Assembly (NCBI GenBank): GCA_951406725.2
Contig: OX597828.1
Location: 41,168,001-41,232,000 of the forward strand
Source of the DNA: Octopus vulgaris
Taxonomy: Eukaryota
Length of the DNA stretch: 64,000 nt
Direction: 5' to 3'
Position numbers and translations under genes: made by a program. The notes beneath the pieces were generated by a model. The model did not search any database and was not told where the DNA came from. It worked only from the letters and a program-made list of their open reading frames with translations. This document shows, in pieces, positions 25,412 through 39,052 of this stretch (positions are counted from its first letter, which is position 1; each line of letters starts with the position of its first letter).

Positions 25412-25728
25412 CATGTAAAAAGCACCATCCGAATCGTGGCTGAAGCCAGTGCAGCCTCGACTAGCTTATATGCAGGTGGCACGTAAAATGCACCAATCCA
25501 ACCATGGCCGATGCCAGCCTCGCCTGGCTCCAGTGCAGGTGGCACGTAAAAAGCACCCACTACACTCACGGAGTGGTTGGCGTTAGGAAGGGCATCCAGC
25601 TGTAGAAACATTGCCAGATAAGACCGGAGCCTGGTGCAGCCTTCTGGCTTCCCAGATCCCCGGTCGAACCGTCCAACCCATGCTAGCATGGAGAACGGAC
25701 ATTAAACGATGATGATGATCATGATGAT
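25412..25728 (+). mobile_element. RTE LINE 3' UTR copy
   Basis: Same tail; further copies at ~26741-26927, 29647-29931, 30113-30303, 33350-33880, 37345-37712 and 63640-64000 (+), and 32631-32935 and 58460-58780 (-). Confidence 0.9.
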
Positions 25729-27477
25729 ATAGTGCAAGTGTTTATTTGGCAAAATAAATAGATTAAGTGCCCATCCTGAAATACAACAATATCTGTTTCA
25801 ACACACGGTTTCACATCAGGGATCTTGCAAAACGAATTGGTATATAGTTTATAGGTTAGAGACAAGTGTTCTCTATGTAGAATACACTTTGAAGTGCCCA
25901 AGAGATTTTAGCTTGAGCCAGTAGGGGAGTAAATGTAATGACAGGCAAGTTAGGCAAGTTAATTTACATAGAATATTGAAGACATGTAATAGAGAAAATG
26001 TACGTATGTATGGATACAAAATAGTCTGACTTACAGCATGGTCGATGCTAGTCCTACTTGACTGGCTCCTGTGCCGGCGGCACGTAAATGGTATCAGGAG
26101 TTAAATGGGTAGAGTTTTATGAGTCCGACAGCTGTTTCTGGGGTCCTGATGGTTCAGAATAATGATAGTTACTTGGTTCCAGTATCAGATAACACCACCT
26201 CCTTCTTCAGGGGAGAATTTTACATCTGAGGTGTTGACAGGATGGAGTTTAAAGATATTTGCATATATTTAACTATGTCTTTGTGTCTGAGTTTGTTCCC
26301 CCGCCATCGTTTGACAACCAGTGTTGGTGTGTTTACATCCCTGTAACTTAGTGGTTTGGCAAAAGTGACTGATAGAACAAGTAGTCGGTTTACAAAGAAT
26401 AAGTTTTGGGGGTCAATTTCTTCGACTACAACTCTTTAAGGTGGTGCACCAGAATGGCCACAGGCAAATGACTGAAACAAGTAAAATAATAAAAGAATAT
26501 CTTTTATTTGTTTCACTCAATGGACTGTGGCCATGCTGGGGCACCACTTTCAAGAGTTTTATTTGAATCAATTGAACCCAGTAATTATTTAAAGACTGGT
26601 ACTTCCCTAAGATTCCACGCAGTGGAACTGAACCTGAAATCATGTGGTTGGGAAGCAAATTTCTTACCACACTGCCAAGCCTGCACATATCTGCGCCTAT
26701 ATCTATCTTTGCTTCTTTTTTTTTATTGCATTTATTTATCTGTGCGGGTGGCACGTAAAAAGCACCCACTACACTCACGGAGTGGTTGGCGTTAGGAAGG
26801 GCATCCAGCCATAGAAACACTGCCAGATCAGACTGGGCCTGATGCAGCCTTCTGGCTTCACAGACCCCAGTTGAACCGTCCAACCCATGCTAGCATGGAA
26901 AGCGGACGCTAAATGATGATGATGATGTGTATCAATAACTACACCTATCTACCTCAGTCTCCTACCTAACTGTTTGTTCATCTAATCAAACTTGAACTGC
27001 TGTGTGCAAAAAAAAAAAAAGGAAAAAAGGAAATAAAAAAAACTGCAAACCAAAGTTATCAATATAAATATTTGCTCTGCAGTGATTTGTGTAACTCATG
27101 TTTAGTCCCCCACCTCACCGCTTTGATGTTGTTGACCATTATATTCAAGTATGTACAACATCTCTAACAATCAATGTATCAATCTATCTTTATGTGAAAG
27201 CCTGCCTATTTATCTGTCTATCGGTTTGTATCTACCCAGTTAACAATGTTTGACTATCTACTGTTCTTTACGAAATTATATTGCTATGTCTGTTTATCTG
27301 TTTGACTCCACCTATAGAGAAAATATATACAAGTAATGATTCCTAACTTAAAGTGACAGATGTGGTGGGTAACAACTGTGGTTTGTTTTGTTATATCATT
27401 CTCGCTATTCAGTATTATCGAACCCTGTGGTATATTAAACCAAAAGAAAAAAAAAAAAAAAAAAAATCTGATACATA

Positions 27478-27869
27478 GGCGCAGGAGTAGCTGTGTGGTA
27501 AGTAGCTTGCTAACCAACCACATGGTTCCGGGTTCAGTCCCACTGCGTGGCATCTTGGGCATGTGTCTTCTGCTATAGCCCCGGGCCGACCAATGCCTTG
27601 TGAGTGGATTTGGTAGACGGAAACTGAAAGAAGCCTGTCGTATATATGTATATATATGTATGTGTGCTTGTGTGTCTGTGTTTGTCCCCCTAGCATTGCT
27701 TGACAACCGATGCTGGTGTGTTTATGTCCCCGTCACTTAGCGGTTCGGCAAAAGAGACCGATAGAATAAGTACTAGGCTTACAAAGAATAAGTCCCGGGG
27801 TCGATTTGCTCGACTAAAGTCGGTGCTCCAGCATGGCCGCAGTCAAATGACTGAAACAAGTAAAAGAGA
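27478..27869 (+). mobile_element. SINE family A, full length
   Basis: GGCGCAGGAG head to GACTGAAACAAGTAAAAGAG tail; other copies ~9058-9395, 21395-21970, 24155-24380, 26275-26690, 33975-34340, 42090-42885, 56665-57070, 58080-58290, 62025-62260. Confidence 0.9.
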
Positions 27870-28211
27870 ATACTAATTGTTTTATGAAAGTTAAATGAAG
27901 TTTGAACTTTGAGCATAAAGGACAATGAACGAATTCTACAGACAAAGCATTTCATCTGCTGATCTCAGCACTTACCTGAAATATTTGCATGAAACCTCAC
28001 ACACACACATACTTGTGCACATATGCAGGCTATATGCAAGCAGAAAATGAGAACAGTGATGCACAAGTGATTAGTATCGACAGAAAATGGGATAGTTTTG
28101 TTTGTTTGCATAGAAAGCTAAGTAAAATTGATAAAGTACAGCATATTGAGAGGTTTAAAAATTTGGTGAAGGGCTGGGGATAATACGAACCAGGTGTCAG
28201 CACGTGGTTAA

Positions 28212-28252
<41 letters not shown>

Positions 28253-28267
28253 AATGGAATTAGTATA

Positions 28268-28707
28268 TTCTTTTCAGGCACAAGGCCTGAAATTTTTGGG
28301 GAGGGTGCCAGTTGATTAGATTAACCCCCGGTTCGCAACTGGTACTTAATTTATCGACCCTGAAAGGATGAAAGGCAAAGTTGACCTCAGCAGAATTTGA
28401 ACTCAGAACGTAAAGACAGATGAAATACCACTAGGCATTTTGCCCAGCGTGCTAATGTTTCTGCCAGCTTGCTGCCTTAATTCCTAATAATATTCTTTTC
28501 TACTCTAGGCACAAGGCCCCAAATTTTTGGGAGGGTGTCAGTTGATTAGATTAACCTCCTGTTCACAACTGGTACTTAATTTATTAACCCCAAAAGTATG
28601 AAAGGCAAAGTCAACCTCGGCTGAATTTGAACTCAGAATATAAAGACAGATGAAATACTGCTAAGCATTTCACTCGGCGTGCTAATGATTCTGCCAGCTC
28701 GCTGCCT
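28268..28707 (-). mobile_element. Tandem pair of SINE B copies
   Basis: AGGCACAAGGCC...CTGCCAGCTYGCTGCC twice (~28276 and ~28507). Confidence 0.8.
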
Positions 28708-28734
28708 GGGAATTAGTGATGTATTGCAGGAGAA

Positions 28735-29625
28735 TGTGGTGTCAAAAGGTTCCTGGACTAGTTATGTAGCAACAGACAGCAGCTTATGGTTGCATGTACA
28801 GTAGGAGCCAGCAGTGACCTTCATGGGGCAGTGTGCCAAGTGACATCGCTGTGTTTACTTCACAAACTGTGAAATTTGTGTTTTTGTGATCATGTGTGTA
28901 TGCTGTAGTCTGCAATTTTGTCATCGATGGGAACAAAAAGCCGATGTGAAATTTTGAGTTGAACTTGGGAAATCTGCTACAGAGACATTGAGCATGCTTC
29001 AGCAACCTTACAGTGACAAGGCAATGGGTCACACACAATGTTTTGAGCTGCGTGGCCACTTCAAAAGTAGAAGAATGTCGCTGGGAGATGATGAGCAATC
29101 TGAAAGACCTGTCACGAGCATCACCCTCTGAAATGTGGTATTGCGCATTGAGTATATGTCCCCCAGGGCCAGACTGTCAATAGAGAGTTCTACTGCAAAG
29201 TTTTGAAGTATTTGTGGGAGGACGGTCAGTGAAAGCGACAGGATCTGTGGAGCACAGAGAATAGGATTCTTCATGATGACAACGCACTGTCACCGAGCTC
29301 TCCTTACTCGCGAGATTCTTGCCCAAAGCAACATGGTATCACTTCCACACCCATCCTATTCATCAGATTTAGCCCCTGCGGATTTCCATCTCCTCCTCAA
29401 GATGAAAATGCAGCTTAAAGGTCACCATGTTGTTGAGATTAAGAGCGAATCAACTAGCTTACGGAAAATGACTTCCAGGTTCGATTCTAAAAGTGACAGG
29501 AATGCTGGGACCAGTGTATTGCTGTACATGGTGAATATTCCAAAAGAGATGGTGCTAAAACTTAGGTAAATAAGTTATTTTTTTATTAAACATAACTAGT
29601 CTGGGAACCTTTTGATATCACCTTA
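28735..29625 (+). mobile_element. Internally deleted mariner relic
   Basis: TIRs TCAAAAGGTTCCTGGACTAGTTATGT / ACATAACTAGTCTGGGAACCTTTTGA; LGKSATETLSML, ILHDDNA, HPSYSSDLAPADF. Confidence 0.88.
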
Positions 29626-29903
29626 TATCAAAACTATATACAACTCCAGTGCCGCCTTGACTGGCTCCCATGCTGGTGGCACGTTAAAAGCACCAACCGA
29701 TCGTGGCCGCTGCCAGACTCCCCTGGCACCTGTGCCGGTGGCACGTAAAAAGCGCCCACTACACTTGCGGAGTGGCTGGTGTTAGGAAGGGCATCCAGCT
29801 GTAGAAACACTGCCAGATCAGACTGGAGCCTGGTGCAGCCCTGGCTTCCCAGACCCCGGTCGAACCGTCCAACCCGTGCTAGCGCGGAAAACGGACGTTA
29901 AAC

Positions 29904-29934
<31 letters not shown>

Positions 29935-30820
29935 TCCATCCAAATGTGCTGACCGTTACTTTTATTTATTGATCCACTCACCAATGTATGTATATATATG
30001 TAATACAACAACTGCTTCTGTGCTGCAGCACCAGCTGTTAGTTACTGAGTTTCTAATCTCAAACCATTACATGAATTATCTTATAAATAATTGCATAAAG
30101 GAACATGCAACTAGCATCTGTGCTGGTGGCACGTAAAAGCACCGATCACACTCTCAGAGTGGTTGGTGTTAGGATGGGCATCCATCCGTACAAACCATGC
30201 CAAACCAGACTGGGGTCTGGTGCAGCCCCTCAGCTTACCAGTTCTGTTCAAACTGTCTAACCCATGTTCAGCAATGGACAACGGACATTAAATGATGACG
30301 ATGCAACAGCAGCTGAGTATTGGCACTTTATCATGGAGGTTGCTTTGAAAGAGAAACATTAACTGAGACAAAGAAAAAGGGACTTGAAATAGTTACGAAA
30401 CTAGGGATAGAGGAAAGAACAAAACTATACATATACAAATATAAAGAGTAAAGCCCCCCTCCCACCACCACTACCACTTCAGCCATGAATGACCATGGGA
30501 TTGCACCTAGAAAGTTCCCCTCTGAGGCACAAGTCCAGGCAAGGTTGTTTATGGAAGACCAGCAGTCGCCCATGCATCATACCAGCCTTCCCTCTCCAAT
30601 GCCATCAATGTTATCCAAGGGAAGGGCAAAGGCCAATACAGTTTGGCACGAGTGATGTCGCAACTCATTTCTCCAGCTGAGTGAAAGGGAGCAATGTGAA
30701 ATAAAGTGTCTTGCTCAAGAACACAACACACAGCCCAGTCTGGGAATTGAACTCACTACCTCATGATTGAGAGTTCAATGCTCAAACCATTGAGCCATGT
30801 AATATACATATATATATATA

Positions 30821-32110
30821 TTAGGTTGTCAAGAAAGTTCTTGCGGTTTTTAACCTTTAAATTCAGATGCACATATCTTGGCTCAAACAAAACTTTATTT
30901 ATCGAAATAAACATCATCAGAATCAACACACTTTTGCCAACGTGAAACAAGTCTACTTATGCCAGTAGTGTAAAAATCCTGTGTTCTGGTGGAGATGAAG
31001 TCGTTGAAGGCGTGTTTGATATAGTCTTGGTTTTTTAAGCATTTCTCACTCAGGAAGTTATCGAGATGCTTGAAAAAGTGGTAGTCGGTAGGCGAGAGGT
31101 CTGGCGAGAATGGCGGATAAGGCAGAGTTTCGTATCCCAATTCGTTCAACTTCTGCAGGGTCAGTTGTACGACATGTGGCTGAGCGTTGTCGTGGAGAAG
31201 AATTGGTCCTCTTCTATTGACCAATGTTGTCTGTTGTTGTCGGAGTTTCTTATGCATTTCATCCATTTGCTGACAGTACTTTTCCGCCATAATGGCTTCG
31301 CCTGGATCCAAAAAGCTGTGGTGGATGAGACTGGCCGCAGACCACCAAACAGTCACCATGACCTTCTTTTGGTGCAACTTTGGCTTTGGGAAGTGTCGTA
31401 GAGCTTCGTCGGCGTCCAACCACTGAGCTGAGCGTTGCCGGTTGTCGTAAAGAATCCACTTTTCATCGCAAGTCACAATCCGGTCGAGAAACGAGTCGTT
31501 CTTGTTGCAGAAGGGAAGACGACACTTCAAAACCACGTTTTTTATTTTGTTCCTTTTTTTTCTTTTTGTCGTTCAATTCGTGCGGCACCTATTTCTCAAG
31601 TATTTTTATTTTTCAAGCGGTTGGAAATTGTCGTATACGTTACGTCTAATTCAGAAGCAAGCTCTCGAACAGTTGTGCATGGATTGGCTTCGACTAAGGC
31701 TCTTAGTTGATCGTTGTCAACATCCGACGGCCGACCATTACTCTTATCGTCTTCAAGACTCTCGTCACTGCTATGAAATTTCTTGAACCATCATTGTGCT
31801 GTATGTTCATTAGTGGTTCCTGTGCCAAACACATCGTTGATATCGTGAGCTGTTTCAGCAGATTTTTGGCCTAGCTTTGATTGGAATAAGAAAATTGTGC
31901 AAATTTGCCTTTTGTCCATGTTGTATTCAACATTCTGGAAAAAATGGCCTAATTATTCAAAAAGAAAAAAATAGTAGCACGATTTGATAGAGCGAAAAAC
32001 GGGCTTTAAAATGATATATAAAGTCAAAGTAATTTAACAAAAATTGATTTGAAAATACATAATTTAAAACCAAAATTAAAAATTCCGCAAGAACTTTCTC
32101 GACAACCTAA
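30821..32110 (-). mobile_element. Full-length mariner (DD34D, Hsmar1/cecropia-like), 1290 bp
   Basis: TIRs TTAGGTTGTCAAGAAAGTTCTTGCGG / CCGCAAGAACTTTCTCGACAACCTAA, TA flanks. Confidence 0.95.
30895..31919 (-). pseudogene. Mariner transposase pseudogene
   Basis: ATG 31919 MDKRQICTIF..., with stops and frameshifts before ~31536; catalytic part open: [26 protein letters not shown]. Confidence 0.92.
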
Positions 32111-32425
32111 TAGGTACACAATACAACACAAAAATGTACATGACCAACTAAATTACATCAGCATTAATGAGTTCGCTAAGCTTTGCCTAATAAACTCTAT
32201 TTTGTCTTTAAAGTTGTACCAACAAACTGATAAAGTTTTCCAAAGATAAAGTTTCAATTCCTATCAAATTAATCTCATAGAAAATCTTTAATGCTTCCAA
32301 TTTTATTGTTTCATTTTAAATGTATGAAACTTGACATATTGGCCATCATTCATAAGCTAGGGCAGTCTAATAAACAGAATTAAGTGTTTTAATTTTACTT
32401 ATGTTACTTTGTCAGTGATGATATA

Positions 32426-32939
32426 GGTGCAGGAGTGGCTGTGTGGTAAGTAGCTTGCCTACCAACCACATGGTTCCGGGTTCAGTCCCACTGCGTGGCA
32501 TCTTGGGCAAGTGTCTTCTGATATAGCCTCGGGCCGACCAAAGCCTTGTGAGTGGATTTGGCAGACGGAAACTGAAAGAAGCCTGTCGTATATATGTATA
32601 TGTATGTATATATATATATATATATATATATCATCATCATCATCGTTTAACATCCGCTTTCCATGCTAGCATGGGTTGGACGGTTCAACTGGGGTCTGGG
32701 GAGCCCGAAGGCTGCACCAGGCCAGTCAGATCTGGCAGTGTTTCTACAGCTGGATGCCCTTCCTAACGCCAACCACTCCGAGAGTGTAGTGGGTGATTTT
32801 ATGTGCCACCGACACAGGTGCCAGGCGAGGCTGGCGAACAGCCACGCTCGGATGGTGTTTTTATGTGCCACCGACACAGGTGCCAGACGAGGCTGGCAGA
32901 CGGCCACGCTCGGATGGTGTTTTTATGTGCCACCATATA

Positions 32940-32978
<39 letters not shown>

Positions 32979-33203
32979 GTATGTGTGTGTATGTGTTTGT
33001 GTGTGTGTGTTTGTCCCCCTAGCATTGCATGATAACCGATGCTGGTGTGTTTACGTCCCCGTCACTTAGCGGTTCGGCAAAAGAGACGGATAGAATAAGT
33101 ATTGGGCTTACAAAGAATAAGTCCCGGGGTCGAGTTGCTCAACTAAAGGTGGTGCTCCAGCATGGCCTCAGTCAAATGACTGAAACAAGTAAAAGAGTAA
33201 AGA
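32426..33203 (+). mobile_element. SINE A with an RTE tail (32631-32935, minus) nested in its internal microsatellite
   Basis: SINE head and tail flank an inverted RTE 3' end. Confidence 0.88.
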
Positions 33204-34649
33204 GATGTGTGTGCGTGTAAGAATATATCACAGTACCAAATGTAGCCATATAACAATAAGCAATGTAACAAGAGTTGGTTATCTCATAACCTTTCACCCA
33301 ATAACAATCCAATACTTCAACACAGAATCAATAACGAGATTAACGCTCTCTATGCTTGAGAAGACCCGGCTAGCCGAGTGAGACCATAACCGTGACCTAT
33401 GCCAGTGTCGCATTTAAGAGTGCTCTTGAATCATCGGCCCATAAACTGTGCTTGAGTCAAGTGAAATCATTGTTGTCATGACTGGCATCTGTGCTGGTGG
33501 CATGTAAAAAGCACTATTCGAGCGCGGTCGATACTCGTCCCACTTGACTGGCTCCTGTGCCGGTGGCACGTAAAATGACCCATATGAACATGGTTGATGC
33601 CAGTTCCGTCTGACTGGTCCCACGCTGGTGGTATGTAAGAAGCACCATTCGAGCATGGTTGTTGTGTTGCTAGTGCCGCCTGTCTGGCTCCCATGTTGAA
33701 GGCAGGTAAAAAGCACCCACTACACTCACAGAGTGGTTGGTGTTAAGAAGGACATCCATCTGTAGAAACTTTGCCAGATCAGATTGGAGCCTGGTGCAAC
33801 TTTCTGGCTTGCCAGTCTTCAGTCCAACTGTCCAACTCATGCCAGCATGGAAAGCGGACATTAAATGATGATGATGATGAGTTTGACCTCAACTGTCTAC
33901 TGGCTGATCGATTTATAAGACTCATCTAGTCCACTGACAGTCTCGTGCAGGGTTGTCAGTTCACTCCACAAGAACTTGTTTTGGTCATTGGAGTGCAGCC
34001 ATGCCGGGAAACCATCTTGAAAAATTTAGTCAAACAAATCAACCATAACACTTATTGTATCAGTCTCTTTTGCTGAACCACTAAGCTATGGGGATGTAAA
34101 CAAAACAACACTGGTTGTCAAGCTTTGGTGTGGGAGACAAACACAAAGACACACACTCACCCTATCCCATACACACATATTCATACAAAATATTCACACA
34201 TGACAAGCTTCGACATAGTTTCCATCTATTGAATTCACTCACAAGATATTGATTGTCCTGGGACTACGATAGAAGACAAGTGTTCAAGTTACTGATGGGC
34301 AATGGAACAGAACCCAAAACCAGTTACCGGAAGCTAAACACAGCACTCCCGGCATGTCAAGCTTACAGAGACCAGATTAGTGAATTAGTTAAGCAAGCAT
34401 TAATGTTAACAATAAATGGTGGCAATTGGAATAGAATCAATTGGGTTTAGCAAGGCACCAGTGATAGACAAAAAAAAAAATAGAAGGAAAGCTAGTTAGG
34501 GACTTAGGAGAGGCACTGCAATTGACATGTTGGTCCTCGATCAATTCTTCAATGCTAAACATGAAGGATGCATTGCCAGAGCTAAGAAACGAAGGAATTA
34601 AAGCCACTTGATGGTCCTGAGTGGTGGAGGCACAACATGGCAACAAAGT

Positions 34650-37095
34650 TACAATTCAGTCTTCGGTGGGCCAAAGTGGGTGCATGGTGCTTGAGTCTGA
34701 GTGGATGTGACATTCCAGCGGCATTTCGCCCATCAGTTTGGGACGAATGGTGGACCAAAACACAGGATGGACTTTAGTGCCAATCTCAGTGGCATGCCAT
34801 GACTCTTGGCAGGTGGGGTGATGCATTGTGGAATGCTAATAACAGCCATGGAAATACAGGATGCGATGATGGGTTGCACGGTGGGGTAAATCGCTTAGTA
34901 CGGATGGTCTGCCCTACGAGCTTTGTTATTATATGTCAGACTTGTTTGGCAACCTGTTGGCAGATATCTACCGCAACTGGCAGCAGAATGGGAGAATTCC
35001 TAGTTCTGTGGGCCAAGGAGTGATGGCACTGGTGAGAAAGAACCCAAACAAGGGGGGATCAGATAGAAAATATTTGGCCCATAAAGCTGCTGAATGCAAA
35101 CTTCAAAATTTTGGCCAAGGTACTAGCGAAGAGATTGGCACTCATCAAAGAACTTATTGGTGATGCACAAACATGTGTCATTCCAAGCAGATCCATCCAC
35201 AACAATGTCCAGCTCATGCAACCCATCATAGACAGGGTCAGTAATGAAACTGGTATGGGTAGGGCTGTTTAATCTAAAGCCCTTGATAGGGTCAACTACC
35301 AAAACTTGGTGGCCTTTCTCATGGTAGCCAATTTCAGGTCTGTTTTCTGTGGCTGGATCACAGCAATGTATAGCGACATCTGCTCAGTAGTTTGGGCGAT
35401 GGTTACCTATTTGAACCATTCAACATCATGTGTTTGGTCTGTCAAGGGTATCCCATCTCATCTCTCCTGTATGTGATGTCTCTAGAGCCACCACTGCGGA
35501 AATTGGAAGTGCTGAGAAACATTCCACATGAACTATGATTTGGGAGAACAGTGTTGGCATACGCAGGGAACATCACTGCCATAGTATCGAACACTGAGCA
35601 CATAGACCTGGTTGGCACTGCTCTAAAAGAATATGAGGTGGTAACAGGAGCAAAAATTAACCAGAAGTCAGTGGACCTGCAACTCGGCACCTGGAGAGGC
35701 AGGTCCATGCCTTCCAACAGCATTGTGGGATACTGGATGGACGGACTGGTAAAGTTGCTTGAGGTCTGGTTTGGTCCAGATCTCCAGGTAAAGAACTGGA
35801 CAAGGTGGTGAGCAGTGTAGCGAGTCACACTCAGAAATGGGCTGAGAGAAAGCTATCCCTGAATAATTGAGCAGATATCACATCTGTCATCTACTACCGC
35901 CTCACTGTTGTGCCCTATCCCGGTTCAAGTCTGATCAAAGTTGAGTGCTTACTTTTCCACTCTCTGTGGTAGGGACATGTTCCACAGATCAGGCGCTCCA
36001 TTTGCTGTCAATGCCCACTAAATGAAGGGCTGGGCTGCCATGGTTATTGATGTGCAGACAACGTGCACAAGCTGCAACATCTCTAGCGCTTTCTAGATGG
36101 CGAGCAGGTGTGGTCGCTGTTTATCAGATGCAATTTACCATGGCTTGTCTTTTTGGCTGAGCTGCAGTCCTGGATCAAGTGTATACTGAGGCAGGGTGCC
36201 TGGCACATAGAGTGTCATCAGTGGGAATTCCACTATGGCGTTCTATAGTGGAAGGTAAGTGCAACAACATTCTTGTGGGAGACTATGGGCATTGACAAGA
36301 ACAAGTTGGCTGGTCTGTTCTGGAGAACTTTTGGGCTGGGGCCTATTGATAATTTTCAGAAATCCTTGGCCTGGCAGTACTACTAGGGGGAGGGAGGAAC
36401 TACCTGTTTGAGATAAACTCTACAGGCATGGAAATGCAGTCAGCTGGGCTTGTCCAAGATGTACTCAAAGCAATGAAACTGTTCTGCATGCTCTCGTTCA
36501 GAGCCTGTATTTTTCTGACTAGTGAGTGTATGTTGAATACCTGTTGCTGCATGTAGGATGAATCTGGATATCAGCTGAGTCCATTGTGAGGCTAGTCCTG
36601 CTGCCAACCTTTGGCCAGGAAGGGCAAGCTCTTTTTCTTTGCCTGGTGGCCTTAGCAAAAGAGGTTGTGTGGTGGACCAGAATGAAAGTGATGAAGACAG
36701 ATACTTTCCTCTCTGGCCAAGCCCGCATCAACTTTTGCAAGTTTCACTTGAAAAGGAAAAGTGATGGTGAAGAGGGAAGCTCTGCACTCCCAGTAATTTT
36801 GTTAAAAGGTGAGGGAATATCGCAAGAATGGCCAGGGTGAATGAGCTTACTCTAAGTATGCACCTGTAGACAAAGTGGAAAGGGCACTTACCCTGGTGGT
36901 TAGGACTGTTGTGGACTTGTGGGGTTTTCATGAGCAGCCCTGGGAGGTTTCCCTCTTTTGGGGAATTTTGTTATTATATTCAATTATTGTTTTTGTTTTA
37001 CATTGTTCACATGACTTTCATGTAACCCCACACTGTATTTATCCTGTGTTGTCCATAATGCTTTTTTATGTAAATCCTTTGTGGTCAATAATGAA
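34650..37095 (+). mobile_element. Degraded Tx1/L1-clade LINE (RT and C-terminal zinc knuckle)
   Basis: DGLPYE, FKILAKVLAKRL, CQGYPISSLLY, AYAGNIT (degenerate YADD), VTGAKIN, CPRCTQSNETVLHAL; many stops and frameshifts. Confidence 0.85.
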
Positions 37096-38294
37096 ATTAT
37101 TATTATTATCATCATTAAAGCGGCAAGTAGTCAGAATTGTTAGCACATCGGACAAAATGTATAGTGGCATTTCATCTGTTTTTACATTCTGACTTTGAAT
37201 TCCACTGAAGTCCACTTTGCCTTTCACCCTTTCGGGGCCAATAAAATAAGTAGCAGTTGAACACTGGGGGTCGATGTAATCAACTAGTTCCCCCCCTCAA
37301 AAATTCAGGCCTTATGCCCTATGATAGAAAGGATTATTATGTCTATCGTGGCCGTTCGCCAGCCTCATCTGGCACCTGTGTCGGTGGCACATAAAAACAC
37401 CATCCGAGTGTGGCCGTCTGCCAGCCTCGTCTGGCACCTGTGTCGGTGGCACATAAAAAACACCATCCGAGCGTGGCCGTCTGCCAGCCTCGTCTGGCAC
37501 CTGTGTCGGTGGCACATAAAATCACCCACTACACTCTCGGAGTGGAAAATCACCCACTACACTCTTGGCGTTAGGAAGGGCATCCAGCTGTAGAAACACT
37601 GCCAGATCTGACTGGCCTGGTGCAGCCTTCGGGCTCCCCAGACCCCAGTTGAACCGTCCAACCCATGCTAGCATGGAAAACGGACGCTAAATGAATGATG
37701 ATGATGATGATGAAGGTGGTGAGCTGGAAGAATTTCCAGCGCATCAGACAAAATGCCAAGTTGCATTTCTTCCAGCTCTTTTACATTATGAGTTCAAATA
37801 CACCGAGGCCAATTTTGCCTTTCATACGTTCAGGGTCGATAAAATAAGTACCAGTCAAGCACACTGGGAGTTGATGTAATTGACAAGTCCCTTTCACCAA
37901 AATTTTAGGCCTTCTGTCTATATCACAGGCGAGGAGCTGATAGAATTGTTAGTGCGTTGGACAAAATGCTTAACGCTATTTCTTTGGGCTCTTTATGTTC
38001 TGAGGTCAACTCTGCCTTTTACATTTTTGTGTTTGATAACATAAAGCATCAGTCAAATAATGGGGTCAGTGATATCGATTAATCCTTATCGCATCAAAAT
38101 CGCTGGCTTTGTGTCTAAATTACAAATATCATTACTATAATTTCTGCTGAGTTCAAATCCTGTCGATGTCAACTTTGCCTTTCACCTCGCACCTCAGTGT
38201 TGATAAAATAAAGTTCCAGTCAAGTACTAGGCTCGACTAATCGGTTCCCTATCTAATGTTGAGACCCTGTGTCAGTGTAAGAAAACATAATTTC

Positions 38295-38892
38295 GGATCT
38301 TTACCTTTTGACCTACAGATTTAAAAAATAATTTTTTGTAACTAAACACTTTCAAACTTCGGACACTGGTAGAATGTGTCATATAAAACAGCTTTTACTC
38401 TTAGCATTTTTGAGAAAAATTTTTACAAAGTTATTTCATGTTAAAGTTCTCGTATTTCGGTAATTTCAACCAATCAATGACGTGTATTCAGCTGAATAAA
38501 ATTAGTGCCGTTGTTTGTCAACAACAACTATCGGCGGTGTATTTTTCGTTTGTCACTGTTATTTATGACATCGTTCGTGCGTTTGTACTGGTTTTAAGGT
38601 TTTAGGGTTAGGGTTGTCATAAATAACAGTGACAAACGAAATATACACCACCGGAAGTTCTTGTTGATAAACAGCAGTAATTTTATTCAGCTGAATACAC
38701 GTCATTGATTGGTTGAAATTACCGAAATACGAGAACTTTAACGTGAAATAACTTCGTAAATATAAGTTTTTCTCAAAAATGCTAAAAGTAAAAGATCTTT
38801 TATATGACACATTCTACCAGTGTCCGAAGTTTGAAAGTGTTTAGTTACAAAAAATTATTTTTTAAAATCTGTAGGTTAAGAGATAAAGATCC
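38295..38892. mobile_element. Foldback element, ~275-bp inverted arms
   Basis: GGATCTTT...TTATTTATGACA / TGTCATAAATAA...AAAGATCC; ~45-bp spacer containing TTTTAGGGTTAGGG. Confidence 0.92.
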
Positions 38893-39052
38893 AAAAATGA
38901 TTCTTTGATCCATATTCTTTTAGCAAAACCGCAAGCAGACTGGTTCATTTAATGGTCCTATGTTAGTATTTATGTCAATTTTCGTTGTTGGTTAGCGGTC
39001 GAAGAGCTGGGATTTCGTTATCATTTAAAACTTAGATTATTTTGATGTTATA

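Noticed and set aside
27965-28035. Minus-strand CAG|GTAAGT donor with a 54-bp candidate exon
   Set aside because: In-frame TGA in phase 0, includes a TG microsatellite, and the pyrimidine tract is too weak for a recursive site.
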